Notes: generated by a model from the sequence alone, not told the origin. Shown: positions 1 through 9,712, counted from the first letter of the stretch. The stretch is DNA of 64,000 nucleotides from a virus (IMGVR_UViG_3300034161_000018:64001-128000); one strand, 5' to 3'. Program-made: numbers and translations.

Positions 1-285
1 GGCGCCGGTCAGATCAACGCCTTGTTCTTTCGCGTAATTGATTGCGTCGATTTCAGCATGGACGCAATCGCACAAATGCAAACCTTGGCCGGATGGAATG
101 CCGTAAATCAAACGCTCGCAGATTTCTGGATGTTTGACTTTTGAAACCACACCGTTGAAACCGGATGCGACTTGCCGGTTATCTTTGGTGATGATGCAAC
201 CGACTTTACGGCCCGAGGCGCACGTTACCTGATTGGCATACGTGTGTGCCAAGTCCATGAAAAACTTCGGCCAAAGTTTACGCAT
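1..285 (-). CDS. dCMP (deoxycytidylate) deaminase, 3'-truncated by window edge; absent from the ORF track
   Basis: Manual translation from ATG at 285 (GGAG RBS upstream): MRKLWPKFFMDLAHTYANQVTCASGRKVGCIITKDNRQVASGFNG...CDCVHAEIDAINYAKEQGVDLTGA. KVGC...GFNG and HAE are hallmarks of Zn-dependent dCMP deaminases. Confidence 0.88.
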   Translation of the reverse strand, partial: MRKLWPKFFMDLAHTYANQVTCASGRKVGCIITKDNRQVASGFNGVVSKVKHPEICERLIYGIPSGQGLHLCDCVHAEIDAINYAKEQGVDLTGA

Positions 286-331
286 TTGTTTTCTCCAACA
301 GAGCGCGTTCTATAATGCGCGCCCTATTCTG

Positions 332-622
332 TTATCGGGATTTGGTTGTGGAAACGATCACGCCTTCGGCCAACAAACGAGAATGGAACAACGAAACATC
401 GTTGGTCTGGCCTTCAACATTAATGCAAGACATACCTTCGACTTGCTCAATGTCAATGTCCACGCAGAGTTCATCACGCGCCGTATTGATTGCGGCAATG
501 AGTTTTTCTGCGGCATTCTCCCAAAGGTCAATATAGATTTCGAGGCGGGCGGGGCTTGCGGGCGGTTGTCCACAACGATTTATTCGTTGCCCCATTCCAA
601 CATCAATTTCCTGTGAGTGCAT
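332..622 (-). CDS. hypothetical protein (96 aa)
   Basis: ORF with AGGAAG RBS, in the operon with the deaminase; no recognisable motif. Confidence 0.65.
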   Translation of the reverse strand: MHSQEIDVGMGQRINRCGQPPASPARLEIYIDLWENAAEKLIAAINTARDELCVDIDIEQVEGMSCINVEGQTNDVSLFHSRLLAEGVIVSTTKSR

Positions 623-653
623 TTAAGTTTTCTTCCTTTGCTATCAGAGGTAG

Positions 654-664
654 GTTTACAGTTT
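654..664 (-). promoter_or_regulatory. candidate phage promoter motif AAACTGTAAAC (copy 1)
   Basis: Exact 11-mer also at 43166-43176 and 50977-50987; ends 31 nt before the ATG at 622. Confidence 0.5.
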
Positions 665-3128
665 ACTCACCCATGTAGCGACTGGCGTTGCTGCTAAGCG
701 TGTTTGGCAAACCGGCAGTTGTGTCGGTCGTCGTTGCCAGCGATGGGAATATTGGCGCTTCCCATTTTCCGGCTTTCGACGAAACGTCTTTACCCATTGA
801 GTACAGCTTGGCCCAAGTGGTTGCCTGTTTGGTTGTTTCGACGTTTTGGTATCCGCCATAACTGACCACTTTCTCGACGGAGTTGGCAAGCGGAGTCGCA
901 CCTTTGCCACCAAACGAAAAGAGAGTTTCTTGACCAGCATAAAGCAGAGCCTTGTTAGTACGCGCCGAATCCGCAAGATATTCGTTCTGACCATATTGCG
1001 TCATAACCTTGGCGGAGATAACCGAAAGTTGTTGCAGGCTGGAAGCCGCATCGGTCGGCGAAACGTTACCGAAAGTTTTAACGTAGGATTCCGCGCCTTG
1101 TGTTAGCAGCAATTGTTGTGGGTTGGTGGAATTCGCAAACGCATTAACTGCGCGTGCGGTTTTGAATGGGTTGATCGTGATGTTGTTTGCGCCTAGACCA
1201 AAGCCCGTCGCGTCCATCAAGAAGTTTGAAGTTATTTTCCCCGCCGTTGTGTCAACCAACGGAAGCGTAAACGGAAGTTCCAAATTGCCTGCGCCCATTC
1301 CGGCACCTGCCAAATCCGCCGCCCAAATGCCGCCGCCGAGGACTTCGCCAACGAGAGCGCCTTTATTAATTCGGCCCCCAGTAGCAGCAGACACGATATT
1401 GTTAATGCGGAAGCCAGCAACGTCGCCGAAAGAACCAGAAATCCGGCCAATAGCAGCCGCTTTGAAACCTTGTGAATTACTTCGCGCATAATCAATGTCC
1501 GATGCAATACGGTTGACGTTGAACCCGTCTGTCAAACTCGACAACATATTTCCACTGAATGCGGTGACGCGTTGGAAATACGAAGTGTCGGCTGGAATAA
1601 CGTTTGCAGCTTTGATACTTGCGCCCAACGGCCCGCCGATATTGTCGAGTGCCGAAGTAGAAGAACGAACACCGTCCATTGCGCTGCGCATTTGTGCAGT
1701 CGGTGCCAAGTCGGTTGCAATACTTGGAACAGCCGGGAACACGGAGTTGAAATTGTCCAACGACTTCATGCTGTTCATTGCAGCCGTTGTTGCCGGAACT
1801 GGAATTCCGTTTCCTTCGCCCGCAACCAATTGCGAGGAAAGGTTTGTCGGTGCATTGGTCGCGGTGCTGATCGCTGCCGCTGCCGGAACATTGCCCGCCG
1901 CAGATGCCGTAGCATTTTGTTTTGTTGGAACCGTTCCAGAGTCTGCGCCTTCTTTGATCGGCACGGAAACAAAAGGACGATACAGGTAATGCGCTTCGGC
2001 GTAGCGCGCACCGTTTTTGATTTGAATCGTTTTGCCACCGAGAACGTATTTGCTGGAAACGTCGGCGCTCACTTGAGGCGTGCCGGATTTGTCGTTCTTC
2101 AGCAAGTACGCAACCGAGTCAAACGTTTTTGCTTCGGTGCAGGAATCCGTCAGCAGAGTCAGGCGCTCGCTAAACATCGAAAGGAAACGCAGATTTTGGT
2201 AATACGCGTTTTCGTAAAACTGGTGAACCGCATCGTCTTCGGCTGGCGCGGTGCCCGGATCGAAACCGGAATACGTCACACGCGAACCGCGCTCAATCAA
2301 TTGTTGCAACACGTCTTTGTTGAGCGGCAAACTGGTGCCAAGCAACGGAGCCGTGAGTTTCAAAATATCAACATCGGTGCCAGTGGCGGAATGCTGATAA
2401 TGCTTTTGCCCATAGTTGATATAATGGGCACCAACGCCGGAAGCACTTGCATCCCGCGCTTCACGAACGGAAACTACTGTGCCTTCTGTACCGGCGCCAG
2501 TCGTGTCATGCACAAACGTGTGGGTTGGTTTGTCATTCAAAACATCGAACAGGTTTTTGTAACGCAGGGTTTTATCCATTGTCACAATTCGCGCCATGCA
2601 CGATTGTTCGCCACTGTAACCACGCATCGCAACATCTTCGGTAAACGCAAGGCGCGTACAGTTGATATTGATCCACGTCATCAGGTCGTCAGTGTTTTGT
2701 TTCGGGCCGTCGTATTTCAAACCGCAGAGGCCAGCGATTTTTGCGAAAAGATCACTGGAACTCAAACGGTAAGCTTCGGTGAAAGCCCCGGCGCCCCAAA
2801 GCGGAACGTCGAGCAAACCAACAATTTCCAAACGCGGGCCACCGGAAGCGCGTGAACGCCTCCAGCCGAAAACCCGGAACGGACATTCGTTAATCGTTTT
2901 CGTGTCGCGGCCCATACGGATTACGATTCGAGAACCATCAGCGATTGCCAGTTCTTTGGACAGCGACTCTTTTTCGTCGTTGAGGATTAGTTGCAAAACG
3001 GGAAGCCCCATTCCGAAACCATCCATAATCAGAATGCTGCTCAGCATGTTCATAGAAGGCGGAACGCTTGAGCCTTCAATATCAATCGAACAATAGGCCA
3101 AGCCCTCAATACTTAGAGTCGCTTGCAT
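663..3128 (-). CDS. baseplate hub / VgrG-gp27-like protein with long Ala/Gly/Ser-rich C-terminal extension
   Basis: 821 aa; last gene of the baseplate cluster, after a gp53-like gene. The N-terminal ~380 aa has a hub-like pattern (LPVLQLILND, IVIRMG, F-RVFGW). Confidence 0.6.
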   Translation of the reverse strand: MQATLSIEGLAYCSIDIEGSSVPPSMNMLSSILIMDGFGMGLPVLQLILNDEKESLSKELAIADGSRIVIRMGRDTKTINECPFRVFGWRRSRASGGPRLEIVGLLDVPLWGAGAFTEAYRLSSSDLFAKIAGLCGLKYDGPKQNTDDLMTWININCTRLAFTEDVAMRGYSGEQSCMARIVTMDKTLRYKNLFDVLNDKPTHTFVHDTTGAGTEGTVVSVREARDASASGVGAHYINYGQKHYQHSATGTDVDILKLTAPLLGTSLPLNKDVLQQLIERGSRVTYSGFDPGTAPAEDDAVHQFYENAYYQNLRFLSMFSERLTLLTDSCTEAKTFDSVAYLLKNDKSGTPQVSADVSSKYVLGGKTIQIKNGARYAEAHYLYRPFVSVPIKEGADSGTVPTKQNATASAAGNVPAAAAISTATNAPTNLSSQLVAGEGNGIPVPATTAAMNSMKSLDNFNSVFPAVPSIATDLAPTAQMRSAMDGVRSSTSALDNIGGPLGASIKAANVIPADTSYFQRVTAFSGNMLSSLTDGFNVNRIASDIDYARSNSQGFKAAAIGRISGSFGDVAGFRINNIVSAATGGRINKGALVGEVLGGGIWAADLAGAGMGAGNLELPFTLPLVDTTAGKITSNFLMDATGFGLGANNITINPFKTARAVNAFANSTNPQQLLLTQGAESYVKTFGNVSPTDAASSLQQLSVISAKVMTQYGQNEYLADSARTNKALLYAGQETLFSFGGKGATPLANSVEKVVSYGGYQNVETTKQATTWAKLYSMGKDVSSKAGKWEAPIFPSLATTTDTTAGLPNTLSSNASRYMGE

Positions 3129-3461
3129 TTAAATACTCACTGTTCTGGTCGAGTTGTTTTGATTCAAGGCCGCTTGCAGACGCGTCGTCATTTCATTCAT
3201 GTCAGGAATTTTGATTTGCGTGCCGGTCTTAATATCAAACATATCGTCAATGTCGTTGTAGACCTGAATGTGCCACCAGTATTTTTCGTCCCGGTAGACA
3301 TTGTAGGCGATAAGCGGAGAGTTGTGTTGCTCGCCTGATTTCACAACGTAAAACTCGTAACCAATCGTTTCCTTGATCGCGTCGATTGCTTTGTCGCGCA
3401 AGGGATCAATTCCGAGTTCGTCGATAACCAGAAAAACAGAATGCTGACCGAGGTTACTCAT
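3129..3461 (-). CDS. baseplate wedge protein, T4 gp53-like (LysM fold)
   Basis: IAYNVYRDEKYWWHIQVYNDIDDMFDIKTGTQIKIP matches the gp53/LysM consensus (IA..Y.....WW.I...N.I.D......G..I.IP). Confidence 0.8.
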   Translation of the reverse strand: MSNLGQHSVFLVIDELGIDPLRDKAIDAIKETIGYEFYVVKSGEQHNSPLIAYNVYRDEKYWWHIQVYNDIDDMFDIKTGTQIKIPDMNEMTTRLQAALNQNNSTRTVSI

Positions 3462-4243
3462 TAGTTGCCTCCCAACAATTTCGCAACGTTGAGGACGCCC
3501 CAGCCGGAACCCGACTTCGCACCCGTACCAGCAGTGATGCTGTTTTGGAAAGCTTTAATCAAGTCTTCCTGTGTAGTGGTGAAGAATGTTTCAATGCTCA
3601 CGTTTACGGAAACGCCCATTGGTGTTCCGTTTTGGTCAAACATTGTGTCGAAGGTTGGCGTCACGTCCGTAATGATGCACGGACTTAGCGTCATGAATCT
3701 TCCAAGGTTTACAGTAATTACATCGCCGCCCATTTGCAATGGGTTGCCTTGCTGCGAAAAGTTGCCTTCCATGATTGCGTCAAGGTTGGCAACGGTCGGG
3801 CCGGGCGCACGAAGCGTTCCGCCCAAACCGTCTTCACTCGGAGCTGCCAGCGACATAAGCTGAATCAGTTTATCCATAACGTCAACTTTCGCATCGGTGT
3901 ACGCATGCAAAAGAAACGGAAGACTGATCGACAAATACGAACCGCCCGACCACACCGCACCAGACAGGAATTTCATTTTCGTTGTCTGGCCGGTGATTGC
4001 GGTTGCGCCCGCTTTAACCAATCCGTTTGCCAATGCACCGCCACCGTTATTCAGGTTGGAAAGTGGTTGGTCAAGCGGACGGTCAAAGTGGCTATTCAAA
4101 CCAAACGAAAAACTTTCCGGCAACGGAGTTGAGATGTTCAAGTAATCCTTGTTGTCTCGTTTTACGTTTAGTGTCGCCATGTAAATGTCGGACGTGTACG
4201 GTTTTGCCGCAGGCGTTGGAGCATTTGGAGTTGCGGTAGCCAT
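3461..4243 (-). CDS. baseplate-tube junction protein (gp48-like tube initiator)
   Basis: 260 aa between the tape-measure-like and gp53-like genes; C-terminal CIITDVTPTFD...P...SVNVSIET resembles gp48/tube-fold proteins. Confidence 0.55.
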   Translation of the reverse strand: MATATPNAPTPAAKPYTSDIYMATLNVKRDNKDYLNISTPLPESFSFGLNSHFDRPLDQPLSNLNNGGGALANGLVKAGATAITGQTTKMKFLSGAVWSGGSYLSISLPFLLHAYTDAKVDVMDKLIQLMSLAAPSEDGLGGTLRAPGPTVANLDAIMEGNFSQQGNPLQMGGDVITVNLGRFMTLSPCIITDVTPTFDTMFDQNGTPMGVSVNVSIETFFTTTQEDLIKAFQNSITAGTGAKSGSGWGVLNVAKLLGGN

Positions 4244-7200
4244 CAGAGGAATCCTGTGTTTACAAACACCAATCCAAAATCGCTAATCAACGCGGGGATT
4301 TCGTCGAGGGTCGGTTTGTCCGAACCTTTTGCGTCTCCACCTTTTCCACCGCCGCCCCCGCCCGCTGGGCCAGCCGGTGCAGGTTGTGCAGATGGTTGAT
4401 CTACTGCCATGCGAACATTTTGAACGGTGTCGAACGGTTGACGATTCGCCGCTTCCGGAGCCGCAGCTTGTGCAACAGCAGGCGCTGGTGCCGAAGCAAC
4501 TGGCGTTGCCATACTTGGGCGTTGCGAAATTGCAGGTTCCGAATTGTAAAACGATGGACTCGCTGGAGAAAACGGATTCATCGTTGCAGCAATTGAAGAA
4601 ATCAAAGGTTTTGCGTCGAGTGCCGACATTCCTGCCGGGGCCGCACTTGGCATTCCCGGTGAACCCGGCGCTGCGCCTCCCGGTTGATTTCCTTTTGTTC
4701 CATCTTGCGGTTGTTGTCCGGCACCCGCTGCAAGTTTTGCCGCAGAATCCGCGAGGGATTGTGCAGCTTGCGCGAGTTTATCCGTGCTTTCGGAACTTCC
4801 CGATTCAACAGCCTGTGCAGCTTTTGCAAAAGACGGTGCGCCCGGTGCAACCGGAATCGTTGTCGCTTTCAAAACATCCATATCGTTATCGAATGTAGGC
4901 GACGACGTTGGTGTCGGTGTTTGCACTTTTGCTTCTGGTGCAGAATCTTTTGCCGCAACAGCTTGCGCAGCTTTGTGAAACGACGGAGCGTTTGGAGCAA
5001 CCGGAACAGTGGTCGCTTTCAAAACTGCCATGTCATCCGCAACTGGTTTCGTTTCGGTATCCACAAGACTGTTTGCAGACGGTTGCAAAGTTGCTGCCGC
5101 TGTTTCAGCCGTTACCGTTTGGCCCGGTGTCGCAATTGGAGTTTCACCAGCAATCGGAGCTTCGACCGGTTTTGTAGTTGCGATTTCAGTTGGCGCTTTT
5201 GACGGAACTGTCATCAAGTCTTTCACGGAAGGCAAAGCAACTGGAGCGCCGGGGAGTGTAGAGTGTTCGCCTTGCAGCATTGGCGAATTGATATACATTC
5301 CTTGCGCAGCTTTTGCCTGCCGTTCTTCTGGAGTGCCGAGCGCTGCATCCATTCCGTTTTCCGCAATTGCACGGCCACCGAAATAACCCGCAGTGCCACC
5401 AATGAATCCGCCAATTGCAGCGCCGGGAATTGCACCAACGCCACCGAATGGCAAACCAATTGCAGCGCCGAGAGCCGCGCCGCCTTCCGCACCTGCCGCA
5501 GCGCCAGCCATACCGCCGCCGATACCGACAAGCGATTTTTGCTTTTGCTGTTTTGCCATTGTGTCGTCGTTGATTACTTCCGCAGCTTCTAAACCGGAAA
5601 GGCCAACGTTTACAACACCGCCGCCAACAGTACGCAAAAGGGAACGCCCGGTTCCTGCCGCAACGCCTTCGGCCACGCCAGTTGCAGCTTTTGTTCCGAC
5701 AACTTCTGCGCCTTTTTTCGCAACGCCCAAACCTGCCAAACCTAAACCGGCTTTATCGACCGTGGAAAGGCCAGCTTGTTCAACTTCGATTCCGTCAGCA
5801 CCAACGCCGTCTTCCATTACGTCAGAACCATTTGCCGAATCCGCTTTAATGTCTTGCGGTTTCATCGGCATGATTCCGATTGGCTCATTGCCTTTCGGTT
5901 TCTCGCCAGCATTCAACAGAGAGCCGGGGTCGGTTTTACCTTGCGCAACATCCGCAGCGGTTTTGCCGTCAGCCTTCTTGTCTTCGCCTTTCATCACACC
6001 TTGCGGATTCTTCTTTTCGTCTTCCAGAATCTTCTGCAAGGTTTTCTTTTCGTTCTCCGCACGTTGGGCCACGCTGCGTTGAACTTCGGCACTACTGGAT
6101 TTGAAATTGTTGCCCACGTTGTCGCGTTTGTAATCCTGCACTGCGCTGATAATGTCTTCGTCAGACATAGACGCCGTGTCTTTGCCCGCCAGCGCTTTCG
6201 ACATTACCGAAGAACCGCCGCCGTATTGTGTCGAAGTGGAATAAACCATTTCTTGCAATGCACGCGAACGTTTGGAAACATCGAGGCCGGTATCTTGCGC
6301 GAGTTTATTTGCCGCAGGATCGTAATGCGTGGCTTTCATGAAACCGGCTTGGGCTTCTTCAAAACCTTTTGAATCGTTACCTACGACTTCTTTGTATTTC
6401 GCGTTGAACTCCGCAGAACCCGGTTGCAGACCAGCGAATTGATCGGCGTATTTCGCACCTTGTTCGGAACGCAAAAACTTCGCCATCGTACCGGATTTGG
6501 AACTGAGTTGGTGAGCGCCATACGACACGCCGCCGTTATCGCCCTTACCGGTAGAGATTGTTCCGACGCCACCTTTGCCCGATTCAAACATTGCAGAAAC
6601 TGCGCCGAGTCCACCGAGACTTTCCAAACCTTTGTAACCAACAGCCGCAGCGCCAGCAGCCAAACCGCCTTTCAGAAGTTTTCCGCGCCAGCCACCGCCA
6701 CCGCCGCCAGTAAACATTCCTTTGGCGCCGCTCATTACGCGGGAACCCCAACCACCTTCGGCAGCACCAGCGCCCATACCTAAAAGCGAACCGCCCATAG
6801 ATTTTGCGCTGTTCCACAACTTACCGGCTTTGCCCATCATGCCGCCGCCAGTGGTTTGGATTTTTGGAACTTTGCCGCCTTTCTTGCCTTTGCCCTTTCC
6901 TTTTTTATCTTTGCCGCCAAACATATCCATTACGTCGGAAGCAAGATCGGCAAAACTATTCGACTGCCCATTGGAATCCGGGGCGCCAGCAACTTGTTTT
7001 ACCGGGAAAGGACTGGTGGCCTGTTGTTGGTATTTCGGTTCTGGTTTCGTGTGTTCACGATAGAGCAAATCGTAAAGCTTTTCCATCGTGACATTCAGGT
7101 TGTCCAGTTTGTGCGACTGGTCTTTCATCAACCCGGTTTGCGCGTCCAGAGTTTGCGATTGGCTGGTGATCGCTTTCGTCTGGATTTCAACATCGTCAGA

Positions 7201-7437
7201 ATTGTCGTTGCTGAAATTGTTTTCTACTTTGTGGTTTACCGTGTTGCCTTGCGATTTCGATTTGGCACTCGAATTCGGCGTGCCCAGCTTTGCACCTTTT
7301 GTACCCGGTGCATCGTCGTCGCCGAAGTGGTCACGCACGTCCACTTTTTCATTTTTGCGTTGTGGAATGTCTTGCATGAGGTCATGCTTCGACTGGTAGC
7401 GGCCAGCTACCTTTTCCATATCAATGAGTTCGGCCAT
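4243..7437 (-). CDS. tape-measure-like tail protein with VgrG3-type peptidoglycan hydrolase domain
   Basis: 1064 aa; Gly/Ala-rich hydrophobic stretches (GGMAGAAAGAEGGAALGAAIG); central FESGKGGVGTISTGKGDNGGVSYGAHQLSS...HYD...YSTSTQYG...VQDYK domain. Confidence 0.75.
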   Translation of the reverse strand: MAELIDMEKVAGRYQSKHDLMQDIPQRKNEKVDVRDHFGDDDAPGTKGAKLGTPNSSAKSKSQGNTVNHKVENNFSNDNSDDVEIQTKAITSQSQTLDAQTGLMKDQSHKLDNLNVTMEKLYDLLYREHTKPEPKYQQQATSPFPVKQVAGAPDSNGQSNSFADLASDVMDMFGGKDKKGKGKGKKGGKVPKIQTTGGGMMGKAGKLWNSAKSMGGSLLGMGAGAAEGGWGSRVMSGAKGMFTGGGGGGWRGKLLKGGLAAGAAAVGYKGLESLGGLGAVSAMFESGKGGVGTISTGKGDNGGVSYGAHQLSSKSGTMAKFLRSEQGAKYADQFAGLQPGSAEFNAKYKEVVGNDSKGFEEAQAGFMKATHYDPAANKLAQDTGLDVSKRSRALQEMVYSTSTQYGGGSSVMSKALAGKDTASMSDEDIISAVQDYKRDNVGNNFKSSSAEVQRSVAQRAENEKKTLQKILEDEKKNPQGVMKGEDKKADGKTAADVAQGKTDPGSLLNAGEKPKGNEPIGIMPMKPQDIKADSANGSDVMEDGVGADGIEVEQAGLSTVDKAGLGLAGLGVAKKGAEVVGTKAATGVAEGVAAGTGRSLLRTVGGGVVNVGLSGLEAAEVINDDTMAKQQKQKSLVGIGGGMAGAAAGAEGGAALGAAIGLPFGGVGAIPGAAIGGFIGGTAGYFGGRAIAENGMDAALGTPEERQAKAAQGMYINSPMLQGEHSTLPGAPVALPSVKDLMTVPSKAPTEIATTKPVEAPIAGETPIATPGQTVTAETAAATLQPSANSLVDTETKPVADDMAVLKATTVPVAPNAPSFHKAAQAVAAKDSAPEAKVQTPTPTSSPTFDNDMDVLKATTIPVAPGAPSFAKAAQAVESGSSESTDKLAQAAQSLADSAAKLAAGAGQQPQDGTKGNQPGGAAPGSPGMPSAAPAGMSALDAKPLISSIAATMNPFSPASPSFYNSEPAISQRPSMATPVASAPAPAVAQAAAPEAANRQPFDTVQNVRMAVDQPSAQPAPAGPAGGGGGGKGGDAKGSDKPTLDEIPALISDFGLVFVNTGFL

Positions 7438-7443
7438 TGCAAC

Positions 7444-8391
7444 TTACCCCAAGGTTTTAATTCCCTTCGCACGCATTTCCGCTTCTTGACGATCTTTCGC
7501 CATAGTGGAGTGGTGGAATAGGAAAATCTTTGCTGGCATGTTCATATCAGGCTGCATGCCGAAACCGGAAAGCAGGTTGTAGCTGATATTGAAAATGTCA
7601 GTCTCGCTGTTGTCCGCAAAGAACGACAGCAGGCGCGGCGTGCTTTCGTGCATGAACGTGTGGTCACACATTTTGCAGTTCAACCGCATACGTTCCGAAA
7701 TGCCGTGGTGATACTTTTCGCGAATCGCCAAGATGCGCTCGTACAGTTCGCAATCCGGTTGGGAATTCAGGAACGCGAGTTTGGCTTTAAAGGTTTTGCC
7801 CGGTTTGATCCAGCGCGCCACCTCGGCCATGTGCAGCATCCATTTGTGTTCTTCGATGTAATCGTTGAAATCCGAAAGCGTGTTCACTCTCGGGAAATCA
7901 ATGTCGTCGAATTCGATTGTTTGCAAATCGTCGTCGAGGACATGAACTTGTGGCATCACGTTGGTGATGATTTCCACGTTGTTGTGATTACAGAGTTCAC
8001 GTTTGTACCCTTTGAGTTTCGCAGTCTTTTCATCCATGAACGGCGAACCGACATGGTTGTCTTCTTCGTGCGCCCAAAGGTATTGCTGGCATTTCCACGA
8101 AACTTGCAGCGGCACTTTTGGGAATGAGTGCTGGCGCAACCACGCCATCAAATATTCAAAGTCGCCGTCAGTCAAAAGCGAAACGTCCACACTGGTCGCC
8201 AGTTGCACTGCGCGAATAATGTGAAAGTATGGTCGGTCTTTACTGTGCATCGCGTGGTGCAAGAGTTGAAGTTCAGCAACGGTGAATTGCCGAATCAACA
8301 ATTGTTTAAATGGGTAAGGGGCAAAGCCCGTAGGCAAGCCCCCAATGTCTAAGAAGCGGGCGTCCCGCAGATATTGATCTTCATTGTTCAT
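7444..8391 (-). CDS. baseplate hub assembly protein (gp26-like), paralog A
   Basis: N-terminal LPTGFAPY...IRQFTVAEL and C-terminal CKMCDH Zn-ribbon; homologous to the next gene. Confidence 0.55.
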   Translation of the reverse strand: MNNEDQYLRDARFLDIGGLPTGFAPYPFKQLLIRQFTVAELQLLHHAMHSKDRPYFHIIRAVQLATSVDVSLLTDGDFEYLMAWLRQHSFPKVPLQVSWKCQQYLWAHEEDNHVGSPFMDEKTAKLKGYKRELCNHNNVEIITNVMPQVHVLDDDLQTIEFDDIDFPRVNTLSDFNDYIEEHKWMLHMAEVARWIKPGKTFKAKLAFLNSQPDCELYERILAIREKYHHGISERMRLNCKMCDHTFMHESTPRLLSFFADNSETDIFNISYNLLSGFGMQPDMNMPAKIFLFHHSTMAKDRQEAEMRAKGIKTLG

Positions 8392-9167
8392 ACGAAAAAG
8401 GAAGCTGGTTCGATGGAAGTGGCGAAGTAATGAGTGCTACCGCAAACAGAACATTCTTTGCCGACCTGCCGACCGATACCGTGGCCGATGGTGGCGTTTG
8501 CTTCGGCTGCCGCTTCCATGAGCGACATATCATCCTGCGCGAACAGGATTTCGATTTTGTCTTTCAGTGTCCGGCCTTCGGCAATCCAGCGCGCCGGGCC
8601 AACAATTTTGTGATAGACAGGATCGGTAATCAGTTGATCGTATTCGACCATGTTGCGCACACGCGGGTAATCCAGTCGCGAATCCAGTTCAACTTCCGGA
8701 AGGAAAATCACACTGAAATCGGCGAAGGTCAACGGCGCGATGTTGTGAGTACCGCAGTATTTCAAATCGAAAAGCAGTTTGGTCGGGTCTTCCAGCATTG
8801 CTTGTTCTGGCGTACCTTCCGCAGCTTTCCAGTTTTCCGTGGTGCGAATCACGCGCTGAGTTTTGTAAATCTCGCGGGTGTCTTGGCGAATGTATTGCGT
8901 ACCGCTGCATTCCCAACTGGCCGAGACTTCACGCTTCAAACAATTGAAACGCTGCCACGCCAAGAAGAAATAAAAGTCGCCGGGTGTCAGCAGGCTCACG
9001 TCGAAGTCACACACTTCCTGCATTGCTTCAATAGCTGGCTGCATGTTTTCCAGAAAAACAGCTTTGCCCAACAGTCCCAGTTGCTTCGGGCGAAACGGAT
9101 TCAGGTGAACCTGTTTCACTTGATACGGGACGGTGCGAGAAGGAAGTGTATTGTTATCAAAGATCAT
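8388..9167 (-). CDS. baseplate hub assembly protein (gp26-like), paralog B
   Basis: LPSRTVPY...LNPFRPKQL, DYPRV and CSVCGS; same architecture as 7444..8391. Confidence 0.55.
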   Translation of the reverse strand: MIFDNNTLPSRTVPYQVKQVHLNPFRPKQLGLLGKAVFLENMQPAIEAMQEVCDFDVSLLTPGDFYFFLAWQRFNCLKREVSASWECSGTQYIRQDTREIYKTQRVIRTTENWKAAEGTPEQAMLEDPTKLLFDLKYCGTHNIAPLTFADFSVIFLPEVELDSRLDYPRVRNMVEYDQLITDPVYHKIVGPARWIAEGRTLKDKIEILFAQDDMSLMEAAAEANATIGHGIGRQVGKECSVCGSTHYFATSIEPASFFV

Positions 9168-9663
9168 CGAGATACTCCATACTGTCAGTTGAAAAGTTTT
9201 GTTGAATGGTCAGTCGTTCGTTGGCGCTGGAAAGCTCCCAATTGTTCGACGTGGTTGGCCAACAATTCTTCATTTTAACGCGCATCACAGGATCGCCTTT
9301 CGTGTTCAACAACTCGAAAACCATATCCCGTTTGTAATTGCCCGGAAGATAGTAGTAACCTTCACGCGGATGGCGAATCTTTTCTTGCCACGTTTTCAGG
9401 TACTGCTTGGAACTTGCTTTCGAGTCCTCGTAAAAGGTAATGTCGAATGCAGAGATTTCCAAAAAGCCGGGGTAGTTCGTATATCGCCCACCTTCAAAAA
9501 CGGGTTTCACGTTAATCGAAGGGAAAGGCAAAGAAACCGTTTCGACATACGTTGTGTCGTAATCGAAAGGCAACGAAACACAATGCCATTTGAAAGCGAG
9601 CAGCGGACTGCCCTTTTCGCTTGACGTGCGTTCCGCAAAATCCTTTAACGTGAGAATTGCCAT
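9157..9663 (-). CDS. tail tube-fold protein (gp19/gp54-like)
   Basis: 168 aa; VSLPFPS...YPG...FDITFYED...W...KNCWPT pattern of the gp19 fold; next to the main tube gene. Confidence 0.7.
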   Translation of the reverse strand: MAILTLKDFAERTSSEKGSPLLAFKWHCVSLPFDYDTTYVETVSLPFPSINVKPVFEGGRYTNYPGFLEISAFDITFYEDSKASSKQYLKTWQEKIRHPREGYYYLPGNYKRDMVFELLNTKGDPVMRVKMKNCWPTTSNNWELSSANERLTIQQNFSTDSMEYLDDL

Positions 9664-9680
9664 TTCAAACCTCGAAAACT

Positions 9681-9712
9681 AAAAAGCCCACGGCCCGGAG
9701 GCAATGGGCTTT
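9681..9712 (-). terminator. rho-independent terminator after tail tube gene
   Basis: AAAGCCCA/TGGGCTTT inverted repeat followed by a T-tract on the minus strand. Confidence 0.65.

Noticed and set aside
3707-3715. Partial AAACTGTAAAC matches (3707, about 48504, about 59028)
   Set aside because: Only 8-9 of 11 positions match, deep in coding sequence and not near starts; consistent with chance.
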